A program made the translations under genes and the position numbers. A stretch of 32,000 bases of DNA from Microcystis aeruginosa NIES-843 (GTDB lineage: Bacteria; Cyanobacteriota; Cyanobacteriia; Cyanobacteriales; Microcystaceae), in NCBI RefSeq assembly GCF_000010625.1, contig NC_010296.1, positions 2,490,001-2,522,000 of the forward strand, written 5' to 3'. Shown in pieces: positions 23,354 to 31,939 of the stretch. The notes under the pieces are model-generated. The model saw nothing but the letters and a program-made list of their open reading frames with translations, searched no databases and had not been told where the DNA came from. Every line of letters begins with the position of its first letter. The first letter of the stretch is position 1.

Positions 23354-26300
23354 ATGGGTTCTCATCACCAGAAAACAGAATTAACGCCGTTACAAAAAGC
23401 AGTTATTGCGCTTAAAGAAGCTCGTAACAAGATTGAAGCCTTAGAACGGCAAAAAAATGAACCGATCGCTATTATTGGCATGGGGTGTCGTTTTCCGGGG
23501 GGTGCAAATAGTCCAGAGGCGTTTTGGGAGCTATTATCAAGGGGAAAAGAAGCAATTGTCCCTGTTCCTAGCCAAAGATGGGATGCGGAGGCTTATTATG
23601 ACGAAAATCCCGATCTTCCTAACAAAACTTATGCTCGTTATGGCGGGTTTCTTGACGCAGTAGATCAATTTGATCCGCAATTTTTCGGGATGACTCCCCG
23701 GGAGGCGATCGCACTAGACCCTCAACAACGATTATTATTAGAGGTAAGTTGGGAAGCGTTAGAAAATGCCGGAATTGCACCTCAGAAGCTGACAGGGACG
23801 CAAACAGGCGTATTTGTGGGCATTGGCTTGGATGATTACGCAAAACGGCAAATTAAGCAACAAATTCCCATTGATGCTTATACGGGATCAGGAAATGCGT
23901 TTTGTTTCGCTTCAGGTCGCTTATCCTATTTTTTAGGGCTACAAGGACCCAGTTTAGCCATTGATACCGCCTGTTCTACCTCTTTAGTCACGGTACATCT
24001 GGCTTGTCAAAGCTTACGCAACAGAGAGTCAAATTTAGCTTTAGCAGGGGGAGTTAGTTTAATGCTATCCCCGGAGGTGACGTTATATCTTTCTAAAACC
24101 CGCGCTTTGTCCCCTGATGGTCGTTGTAAAACCTTTGATAAAGATGCAAATGGCTATGTGAGAGGGGAAGGCTGTGGAATGGTGGTCTTAAAACGCTTTT
24201 CTGATGCTATAAGCGATGGAGATAACATTTTAGGGGTAATTAGAGGCTCGGCGGTCAATCAAGATGGCCCCAGTAGTGGTTTAACGGTTCCCAATGGATC
24301 AGCGCAAATGGCAGTTATTCGTCAAGCATTGGAGAATGCAAAAGTAAAACCCGAACAAATTAGCTATTTAGAAGCACACGGGACAGGAACAGCCTTAGGC
24401 GACCCTATTGAAGTACGGGGGATTAACAATATCCTATGCAAAGATCGTTCCACTGATAACCCCTTAATGGTAGGTTCAGTAAAAACGAATATCGGCCACC
24501 TAGAAATTGCAGCAGGGATGGCCAGCCTATTAAAAGTCATTTTATCCCTAAAAAATCAAGAAATCCCCCCCCATCTTCATTTTAAAGAACTTAATCCTGA
24601 TTTAGCGGCTGCTGCAACCGCTCTCAAAATTCCTACCGCTTCTCTGCCTTGGCAGCGAACAGAAGAACCTAGAAGGGCTGGAATTAGTGCATTTGGATTA
24701 AGTGGCACAAATGCCCACATTATCATCGAAGAACCGCCTCAATTAAGCTTTAATCCTTCTGAAGTGGATCGTCCTGCTCATTTACTCACTCTATCAGCGA
24801 AAAGCGACGATGCTTTAGATGATTTAGCGCAAAAATGGGTCAACTATTTAGAGAAAAATCCTCAATTAAACCTAGCAGACTTAGCTTTTAGTGCCAACAC
24901 GGGACGAGGACAATTTAACCATCGTCTGGCAATTTTGGCAAAATCAACCCTTGAAGCCAAGGACTCTTTAACAGCATTTACGCAAAAACAACCTTGTTTG
25001 AATGTTTTAAGCCAAGCAGTTGCAAAAAGTCGTCAAAATAAGATTGCTTTCTTGTTTACAGGACAAGGTTCTCAGTATGCAGACATGGGACGACAACTGT
25101 ATGAAACTCAACCCACCTTTCGTCACGCCTTAGAGGAATGCGATCGCTTATTGCAACCTTACCTAGAAAAGTCCTTATTAGAGGTTTTATACAGTGATTC
25201 TAGCTTATTAGACCAAACTGCTTATACTCAACCCGCCTTATTCGCCATTGAATACGCATTATATAAATTATGGCAGTCTTGGGGCATTAAACCTGATGGG
25301 GTTTTAGGTCATAGTGTGGGGGAATATGTGTCCGCTTGTGTTGCAGGGGTTTATTCTCTCGAAGAGGGAATCAAGTTAATTGCCGAAAGAGGACGCTTAA
25401 TGCAGTCTTTACCCCAAAAAGGCGCAATGGCAGCCATATTTGCCCCTATTGAAACAGTAAAATCTGTTATTTCTCCTTATGGGGATCAAGTTGAGATTGC
25501 AACTATCAATAGTTCGGAAAATATTGTTATTTCGGGTGATCAGGAAGCAATTAATCAGATTAAAGCAGATTTAGAATCACAAAGCATTGAAGTGCGTCTG
25601 CTTAAGGTATCTCATGCTTTTCATTCCGGGATGATGCAACCGATATTAGCAGAATTTAAAGTGATCGCTGCTAAAATTAGCTATAAAACACCCCAATTAG
25701 ATTGGATTTCCACCGTAACAGGTGAAGAAATCAGCCAAGCAGTAACAGAGGACTATTGGTGTCAACAAGTGCGTCAATGCGTCCAATTTGCCCCAGCAAT
25801 AGAAACCTTAGCCAGCCAAGGTTATAATCTATTTATTGAAATCGGCTCTCATCCGATTTTAACGAGATTGGGTCAAAAAACCTTAGCAAACCCTGATTAT
25901 CTGTGGTTATCTTCCCTACAACGAGGACAGGATGATTGGCAAATTTTATTACAAAGTGTGGCGAAATTAGCCGTTTCTGGGGTTAATATTGATTGGAATG
26001 GCTTTGATAAAGATTATGCTCGTCTTCGTCTTCCTTTACCTACTTATGCTTTCCAAAAACAACCCTACTGGTTAACCGTAGAGGCGCCTGGTTTACGCCC
26101 AACCCAAGGGACAGAAACCGTAGAAGGGCAAGACTTACACCAAAGTCAAGAACGAGAAACTCTAGTGGCGCCAGGCTTGCGCCCAACCCAAAAACAAAAC
26201 GAAACCAAGGCTGAAAGCTTAGAAAGTCAATTAATTGCCTTAATAAGTCAAATTACGGGTTTAAATCCTCAGCAATTGAGTTTGAATGTTTCCTTAGAAG

Positions 26301-28177
26301 CAGATTTAGGGTTAGATTCTATTATGATGACCCAATTAATGAACGGGTTACTATCATTAATTCCTGAAGAGCAACGTAGTCAATTTAGTGAAACCTTTTC
26401 CCTACGCCATTTAATGCAAGTCTCCAATCTTCAGGAATTATTAACCATTATTCAATCTCATACTTCATCCCCCAAACCTCAAATCTCTAACCCTAAACCA
26501 CAAACCAAAAACCTCAAACCACAACCCTCGAATCTGGTTCCTATTCTCCATAGTCAAATTCCCTTGTTAATGAGTTATTGGAGTCTCAATTCTAATAGTT
26601 TATTTACTAAGGTTAAAATTGCAGGAGAATTTGACTTAAATATTGCTCAACAAGCATGGAAACTGTTAATTAATCGACATCCCATGTTACGGGCGCAATT
26701 TCAGATTCCAGAAGATGCAACCTGCTTTGCAGACTATCAATTAGAAGTGCTAGAAAATCCCATTCCTCCTGAAATTCTTGTTAAAGATTTCACCACTTTA
26801 ACTCCTGAGGAACAAGGGGAGAAAATTGAAGAAGAAATCTATCATTGGTTAAACTATAACTGGTCCTTAACGCAATGGCCGTTGCATGGATTTTCTGTTC
26901 TTAAATTATCTGATCAAATTCATCAATTATTTTTAGGGAATGAACACTTAATTTCGGATGGGTTAAGTAACCATGTCATGATGCGGGAATTCTTGGAAAT
27001 TTACCGGGCTATAGTTGCTAAAGAAACGCCAAATCTTCCCCCTACATTGACTGTAGAAGATTATCGAAAACAGGTTCAATTAATGAACGATTGGCAAGAT
27101 ATTGAGGAAGATCGAGCCTTAGCAGAATACAATAATGCTGTGTCTGGAATGTCCTATCGTTGGCAACCTAAACAGCAGAAAAATGCTCAAAAATCTCCTC
27201 TCTTTTACAATCAAAAGTATCTACTTTCAGCAGAAACTACCTCTCAATTAATCGACAAAACCCGTCAATGGCGAGTCCCGATGAATGCACTATTATTAGG
27301 TGCATTTATAAAAACTATGTCACAAATAGATTCAAAAGCTGAAAATATCGGAATTTCGATTCCCACCAGTGGACGAATTTACCCCGAAGTAGATGCAACA
27401 GGTGTGGTTAGTAGTTTTGCTCAAAATCTTGCATTAAGTTTTGCTAAACCTCAATCTGAGCAAGATTGGCCGACCTTTTTAAGCCAAATTCAGCAAACTG
27501 TACAACAACATATTGGCACCGGTTTAGATCGGGCGCAAACTCGTCAAATGGGAACAATTTTTCGAGACAATATTACCCTAGAAAAGGGTAAAATTCCCCC
27601 TCATAGTCTTTCTTTAATACAGGAGGCTTTAAAGTCTAATTTATACCTTCCTTATACGGGACAAACTCACCTGCAACCTCAGTATGATGCTTTATCAATT
27701 ACTGACTATCAAGCAGGAGGAATGAACGCAACTGGAACAATTGATATTTTGCAAGAAATATTTAATAATCGTCTTCATTTATTTGCAAGTTACGATTACC
27801 ATCACTTTGACTTATTGCTAATAGATCAATTAATGACAGCCTATGTCAGCCAAATTGAAGAACTAGCCAATTTACCCGTCCAAGATCAAGTTATTATTTC
27901 TCATTCTTCCTCTATTTCTCTTAATACAGAGATTGAAGAAATGCTACGACAAATAACTTCCGAAATTTGTCATTGGACAATTGAAGAAGACGAAATAAGT
28001 GATGATTTGGAGGCAGATTTAGGACTAGATTCTTTAGAACGCATTCGCCTTGTTACCAAGCTAGAAGGGATTTATGGCAAACAATATCGCCAAGACCTTT
28101 TAAATTGTCGTACCTTGCAAGAAATGGCTGCTATTTTAGCCCCATCTCAACCTTCAATCGTCAACAGCTATTCGTAA
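23354..28177 (+). CDS. Hybrid PKS/NRPS, KS-AT-ACP-C-T, 1607 aa, with no A domain between C and T
   Basis: The N-terminal coiled coil LTPLQKAVIALKEARNKIEALERQ looks like a docking domain. KS: DTACSTS (Cys207, 23972-23974), HGTGT, NIGHLEIAAG. AT: GHSVGE (Ser654, 25313-25315), HAFHS. ACP: LGLDS (Ser989, 26318-26320). The condensation-like domain has EHLISDG (His1198, 26945-26947). The terminal carrier has LGLDS (Ser1560, 28031-28033). Confidence 0.85.
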   Translation: MGSHHQKTELTPLQKAVIALKEARNKIEALERQKNEPIAIIGMGCRFPGGANSPEAFWELLSRGKEAIVPVPSQRWDAEAYYDENPDLPNKTYARYGGFLDAVDQFDPQFFGMTPREAIALDPQQRLLLEVSWEALENAGIAPQKLTGTQTGVFVGIGLDDYAKRQIKQQIPIDAYTGSGNAFCFASGRLSYFLGLQGPSLAIDTACSTSLVTVHLACQSLRNRESNLALAGGVSLMLSPEVTLYLSKTRALSPDGRCKTFDKDANGYVRGEGCGMVVLKRFSDAISDGDNILGVIRGSAVNQDGPSSGLTVPNGSAQMAVIRQALENAKVKPEQISYLEAHGTGTALGDPIEVRGINNILCKDRSTDNPLMVGSVKTNIGHLEIAAGMASLLKVILSLKNQEIPPHLHFKELNPDLAAAATALKIPTASLPWQRTEEPRRAGISAFGLSGTNAHIIIEEPPQLSFNPSEVDRPAHLLTLSAKSDDALDDLAQKWVNYLEKNPQLNLADLAFSANTGRGQFNHRLAILAKSTLEAKDSLTAFTQKQPCLNVLSQAVAKSRQNKIAFLFTGQGSQYADMGRQLYETQPTFRHALEECDRLLQPYLEKSLLEVLYSDSSLLDQTAYTQPALFAIEYALYKLWQSWGIKPDGVLGHSVGEYVSACVAGVYSLEEGIKLIAERGRLMQSLPQKGAMAAIFAPIETVKSVISPYGDQVEIATINSSENIVISGDQEAINQIKADLESQSIEVRLLKVSHAFHSGMMQPILAEFKVIAAKISYKTPQLDWISTVTGEEISQAVTEDYWCQQVRQCVQFAPAIETLASQGYNLFIEIGSHPILTRLGQKTLANPDYLWLSSLQRGQDDWQILLQSVAKLAVSGVNIDWNGFDKDYARLRLPLPTYAFQKQPYWLTVEAPGLRPTQGTETVEGQDLHQSQERETLVAPGLRPTQKQNETKAESLESQLIALISQITGLNPQQLSLNVSLEADLGLDSIMMTQLMNGLLSLIPEEQRSQFSETFSLRHLMQVSNLQELLTIIQSHTSSPKPQISNPKPQTKNLKPQPSNLVPILHSQIPLLMSYWSLNSNSLFTKVKIAGEFDLNIAQQAWKLLINRHPMLRAQFQIPEDATCFADYQLEVLENPIPPEILVKDFTTLTPEEQGEKIEEEIYHWLNYNWSLTQWPLHGFSVLKLSDQIHQLFLGNEHLISDGLSNHVMMREFLEIYRAIVAKETPNLPPTLTVEDYRKQVQLMNDWQDIEEDRALAEYNNAVSGMSYRWQPKQQKNAQKSPLFYNQKYLLSAETTSQLIDKTRQWRVPMNALLLGAFIKTMSQIDSKAENIGISIPTSGRIYPEVDATGVVSSFAQNLALSFAKPQSEQDWPTFLSQIQQTVQQHIGTGLDRAQTRQMGTIFRDNITLEKGKIPPHSLSLIQEALKSNLYLPYTGQTHLQPQYDALSITDYQAGGMNATGTIDILQEIFNNRLHLFASYDYHHFDLLLIDQLMTAYVSQIEELANLPVQDQVIISHSSSISLNTEIEEMLRQITSEICHWTIEEDEISDDLEADLGLDSLERIRLVTKLEGIYGKQYRQDLLNCRTLQEMAAILAPSQPSIVNSYS
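26075..26200 (+). repeat. Three in-frame 42-bp (14-aa) tandem repeats in the AT-ACP linker of the hybrid PKS
   Basis: The units are TVEAPGLRPTQGTE / TVEGQDLHQSQERE / TLVAPGLRPTQKQN. Units 1 and 3 share the GC-rich cores ggcgcctggtttacgccc (26083-26100) and ggcgccaggcttgcgccc (26167-26184). Confidence 0.85.
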
Positions 28178-28179
28178 AA

Positions 28180-28286
28180 TATAGCCCGACAAATTAATGT
28201 TAGGACGAAGAAAAATATGTCATTCCTGCGGTAGGTAGGAATCCACAAATATTTATGATATCCTGAACTTTTTTTGTCCGGCTATA
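28180..28286. repeat. 107-bp segment bounded by 14-bp inverted repeats, immediately after the hybrid PKS stop codon
   Basis: TATAGCCCGACAAA (28180-28193) pairs with TTTGTCCGGCTATA (28273-28286; rc TATAGCCGGACAAA, 13/14). An internal hairpin is attcct-gcggtaggt-aggaat. I see no TSD. Confidence 0.5.
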
Positions 28287-28343
28287 CCTCAATCAGCGAA
28301 GGTTCGTTATCAGTCCTTAATGGCTACCTTTTAAAAGACCAAT

Positions 28344-28362
28344 GGGCGCAAGCCTTGCGCCC
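28344..28362. repeat. Perfect GC-rich palindrome GGGCGCAAG-C-CTTGCGCCC
   Basis: Read directly, 34 nt upstream of the A-C gene start. It resembles the core of the 42-bp coding repeats at 26083-26100 and 26167-26184. Confidence 0.7.
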
Positions 28363-28395
28363 CTACCACCTAACATCTAATAGAGGATTATTCTT

Positions 28396-31329
28396 ATGGC
28401 TTTTTCCCCCGAAATTCCCTACTATAAAATTATTAAACAAGCACAATTAACCCCTGATGCGATCGCTGTTTTAGATGAGACTTGTCCCCTAACTTATCAA
28501 CAATTAGACCATCTTTCTAATCAAGTTGCTGCTTATTTACAGACTCAAGGTGTTAACCCCAATACCAGAGTAGGAATTATGACGGAACGAAATCCAGGCA
28601 TGATTATTGGTATTTTGGGAATTCTTAAAGCAGGTGGCTGTTATGTACCCTTAGATCCCGATTATCCCGTCGAAAGATTGCGTTATATTCTTGATCATGC
28701 CACTATCGAGATTTTACTTACCGAACATCAAGTAAGTGAACAGTTAATTTCCTGTGTGACAGAACCTTTACCCTTGCAAACCGTCCTCTTTTTAGATGAA
28801 GGAGAAAGATTAAACAAAATTAATGATTTAACTCAGATTACCACTTCTATCTGGCAAAAACACAGTAAAGAATCCATAAATCTTTGTAATCGTCCTGAGG
28901 ATTTAATGGTAATTCTTTATACGTCTGGATCAACAGGACGGCCAAAAGGGGTAATGTTAAACCATCGCGGTTATATGAATCGTCTAGAATGGATGCAAAA
29001 GACATTTTCCCTGAAAACAGGCGATCGCGTTGCACAACGCACCTCTTTTTGCTTCGATATTTCCGTATGGGAAATTTTCTGGACGTTAATGGAAGGTGCA
29101 ACAATATGTCCCGTCAAACGCGAAGTAGTCTTAAATCCTTGGGAATTTGCTGCATGGATTAAAAAGACTAAAATTAATGTAATGCACTTTGTTCCCTCCC
29201 TCTTTGGGGAATTTATCAGTGCGATTGAAAACGAATCTTGGACATTTCCTGATCTACGCTGGTTAATCTTTAGTGGGGAAGCCTTACCCATGTCTTTTAT
29301 CCAAAAATGGCTTGATTGTTATGGATTAAAGACAGGTTTAGCCAATCTTTATGGACCGACAGAAGCCTCAATTGATGTGACTTACCATATTATTACAGAA
29401 CGTCCTGACGAACGCACCAGCAGCCAAATTCCCATCGGAAAAGCGATCGATAATGTCTATCTCAAAGTGTTGGATGATCAGATGCAACCGGTTAAACAAG
29501 GGGAAATGGGAGAACTTTGGCTTGGTGGCGTACAATTAGCATTAGGATACCTCAAAGATCCTGAAAAAACCGCTAAAGCGTTCTGTTCTAATCCTTTTTC
29601 TGATGTCTCTGGTGACTATATTTATCGGACAGGTGATCTAGTCAAGGAATTACCCGATGGTACGCTGGAATATCATGGACGTATCGATAATATGGTCAAA
29701 ATTCGGGGTTTTCGCATTGAATTAGGGGAAATTGAGAGCATCTTAACCACTCATCCCAATGTCCGCGAGGCCGCCGTTTTAGCTATTGATTACGGTGAAG
29801 GACAAAAACGATTAATTGCTTGTTTATCGGGGGATAAAATCAAAAACCGAGTTCTCAAAGCACATTTAGAGCAGAAACTCCCCCATTACATGATTCCTCA
29901 ACGATTCGCTTGGTTTCCACAACTTGCTAAGAATCATAACGGAAAGTTAGACCGTAAAGCATTAGCCGCCGAATTACTTCCTGCTCCCGCTGCTCCCGCT
30001 GCTCCCCCTACTCCTTCTCTTATACCCCTTGGACCGGCACAAAGTTGGTTAGTCAACTATTTTGAACCTCCCTATCAATGGTTGGGTTATACTCGTTTTC
30101 TCTATCATCAGTCTTTGAATCTTGATATTTTCAATCAAGCCGCTAATCTTTTGGTGCAACGTCATGAAGCTTTTCGGACGGTTTGCCTACAAAATCAAGG
30201 TAAATGGCAGCAATACTTGATCAATGATCCTCAACCTATCCTAGCAGAGTATTGGGATGGAAGCCACTTAACAGAAGCAGAACGTAATGCTAAAATCAAA
30301 GCTCAAATGTCAGATTTAGCTAAAACAATCCAGATTGACCGTTGGCCACTCACTGCCACTCTTGTTGTTAAAGTTAGTCCCTATTGCTACGATATTACGA
30401 TGGTCGCTCACCACATCATTGCCGATATGTTAAGTGCAACCATCTTGTTTAAGGAACTTTGGAGTGCCTATCATCAATTATTGGTAGGAAGTGATCCGAC
30501 TTTTCCTAACCCTAATCCTCAGTCTTACTTAGATTTTGTGCAAGTCTTGAGGGATGAGGAGAAAAAAGGAACAATGAACGAACACTTGAATTATTGGAAG
30601 GAACAATTTCCCGATGCAGAGAGTCGCTTTGAAGTCCCCGTCGATCATGTCAAAGGCCCAAATATTGAAGCTTCTGCCGAAAGTGCGCGATTTGTCCTAA
30701 GTAAAGCGCAAACTAAACAGTTATTAAGCCAAGGCAAGGCTTATTATCAGTCTAACTTTTATCCTATTCTCCTTGCTCCTTTATACCGTTTATTAGGTGA
30801 TTGGAGTCAACGCAAACAGGTGGTTATCAGTCATCGTAGTCATGGGCGAGATTTAGGCGAAGGTCAGTCTTTTATGGAAAGTATGGGCAATTATGCTGTA
30901 AATTTTCCCATAGGCATTAATTTATCCACTTCTACGACTTGGCAAAAAACTATCAGTACCATCAATGAGCAGTTTGAAAGCTTACCAATGAATGGCGTAA
31001 CTTATGATTGGATAGGTGAGTCTTTACCTGAATATCTCTATCCTGATAGTAATTTAACCCCAGTAAGGGCTAATTATCTGGGAAATCGTTCGGTTCCTCT
31101 CTCTGACTTGTTTGAGTTTGTTTATGGCGAGCGCGATTGTCGTTTATCGCCACTGGATCAAAAACGTACCACATTGATTGAATTCTTTTTCCTAATCATA
31201 GATGGTCAGTTAGAGATAAGAATTGAATATTCTCGTAATTTCCATCTTCCTACGACCATTCAAAAAATCGGACAAGATTATCTCATTCTTCTTGAGGAAT
31301 TAGAGCCTATTGGCGTTGCTGATTCGTAA
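28396..31329 (+). CDS. NRPS-like protein, adenylation domain fused to a condensation-like domain, with no carrier domain, 977 aa
   Basis: A-domain core motifs run in order: LTYQQLD, LKAGGCYVPLD, YTSGSTGRPKG (28918-28950), FDISVWE, NLYGPTE, GELWLGG, YRTGD, GRIDNMVKIRGFRIELGEIE, LPHYMIP, NGKLDRKAL. A Pro/Ala linker PAPAAPAAPPTPS (about 29976-30020) follows directly, then a C/E-like domain (PLGPAQSWL...; HHIIADMLS, His672-His673, 30409-30414). No GxDS / LGxDS carrier motif occurs anywhere in the protein. Confidence 0.85.
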   Translation: MAFSPEIPYYKIIKQAQLTPDAIAVLDETCPLTYQQLDHLSNQVAAYLQTQGVNPNTRVGIMTERNPGMIIGILGILKAGGCYVPLDPDYPVERLRYILDHATIEILLTEHQVSEQLISCVTEPLPLQTVLFLDEGERLNKINDLTQITTSIWQKHSKESINLCNRPEDLMVILYTSGSTGRPKGVMLNHRGYMNRLEWMQKTFSLKTGDRVAQRTSFCFDISVWEIFWTLMEGATICPVKREVVLNPWEFAAWIKKTKINVMHFVPSLFGEFISAIENESWTFPDLRWLIFSGEALPMSFIQKWLDCYGLKTGLANLYGPTEASIDVTYHIITERPDERTSSQIPIGKAIDNVYLKVLDDQMQPVKQGEMGELWLGGVQLALGYLKDPEKTAKAFCSNPFSDVSGDYIYRTGDLVKELPDGTLEYHGRIDNMVKIRGFRIELGEIESILTTHPNVREAAVLAIDYGEGQKRLIACLSGDKIKNRVLKAHLEQKLPHYMIPQRFAWFPQLAKNHNGKLDRKALAAELLPAPAAPAAPPTPSLIPLGPAQSWLVNYFEPPYQWLGYTRFLYHQSLNLDIFNQAANLLVQRHEAFRTVCLQNQGKWQQYLINDPQPILAEYWDGSHLTEAERNAKIKAQMSDLAKTIQIDRWPLTATLVVKVSPYCYDITMVAHHIIADMLSATILFKELWSAYHQLLVGSDPTFPNPNPQSYLDFVQVLRDEEKKGTMNEHLNYWKEQFPDAESRFEVPVDHVKGPNIEASAESARFVLSKAQTKQLLSQGKAYYQSNFYPILLAPLYRLLGDWSQRKQVVISHRSHGRDLGEGQSFMESMGNYAVNFPIGINLSTSTTWQKTISTINEQFESLPMNGVTYDWIGESLPEYLYPDSNLTPVRANYLGNRSVPLSDLFEFVYGERDCRLSPLDQKRTTLIEFFFLIIDGQLEIRIEYSRNFHLPTTIQKIGQDYLILLEELEPIGVADS

Positions 31330-31539
31330 CCGTTCAGGGGGGGGTGTCAAGCAGCCCGTGGCATTGACTCATATTAAATCCGTTTGATTAAGTCAGGAGA
31401 ATATTTTGGCAAAAGTACTACCTCGAAAATGTCTTGACTATCGTACTCCGAATGAGGTATTCCCCAAAGGTAGATCAGACAGGGATGCAATTCAGGCTTG
31501 AATTGGCGTTACCAAGAGCGTGATGGACTACTCTAGTTA

Positions 31540-31744
31540 GGGGTTGCTAAAAAAGTTTTTCCTGGGGGGGGGTGTGGGGTGTAGGGTGCAGGGTTTTACC
31601 CATTTTCAGGGGGTCAATTACCTCATTTTCAGGGAAAAAGTCCCTAAATTTCCCCCCCGATCACTCCAATGGCCGGTACTTTTTGATTTCAAAAAAGCCT
31701 AAAAATATTATCCAACAAGGTTTTTAGATTTATTCAGCAAGCCC
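31540..31744 (-). mobile_element. MITE family A, divergent copy 3 (205 bp), TSD TAGTTA, inverted relative to copies 1 and 2
   Basis: The termini are GGGGTTGCTAAAAAAGTTTTTCCTGGGGG (compare rc of copy 1, GGGTCTGCTGAAAAAGTTTTTCCTGGGGG) and TTATTCAGCAAGCCC. TAGTTA lies at 31534-31539 and 31745-31750. The interior is diverged and carries ggggtgt ggggtgt agggtgc where copies 1 and 2 carry the GACTCCT array. Confidence 0.7.
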
Positions 31745-31939
31745 TAGTTACCAGATTTTTTCTCCCCCCGAACGCTTACTAAAAATCATCCATTTGTGAG
31801 AGTAGATCATCCATTGTATAAACGTGGAACTCTGCCTAAACTGAAGCTAAAGGGAATCAAACAATTCTTTGTTCATTCTTTAAGAACTATTCGTTGTCTC
31901 TACAGACTGCTATATTATTGATTGGAGAACACACCTACA

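Noticed and set aside
18794-29291. Small ORFs inside the PKS/NRPS genes (18794-19000, 19461-19685, 23457-23663, 23619-23843, 28847-29104, 28971-29291)
   Set aside because: They are alternative-frame or antisense ORFs within long, motif-rich megasynthase frames.
28396-29970. A domain acting as a fatty-acyl-AMP ligase or aryl-acid loader for the free carrier
   Set aside because: All ten NRPS A-domain core motifs are present, and the FDxS motif retains Asp (FDISVWE), which indicates an alpha-amino acid substrate. No FAAL-specific insertion is evident. I could not read the full specificity code reliably by eye, so no substrate is called.
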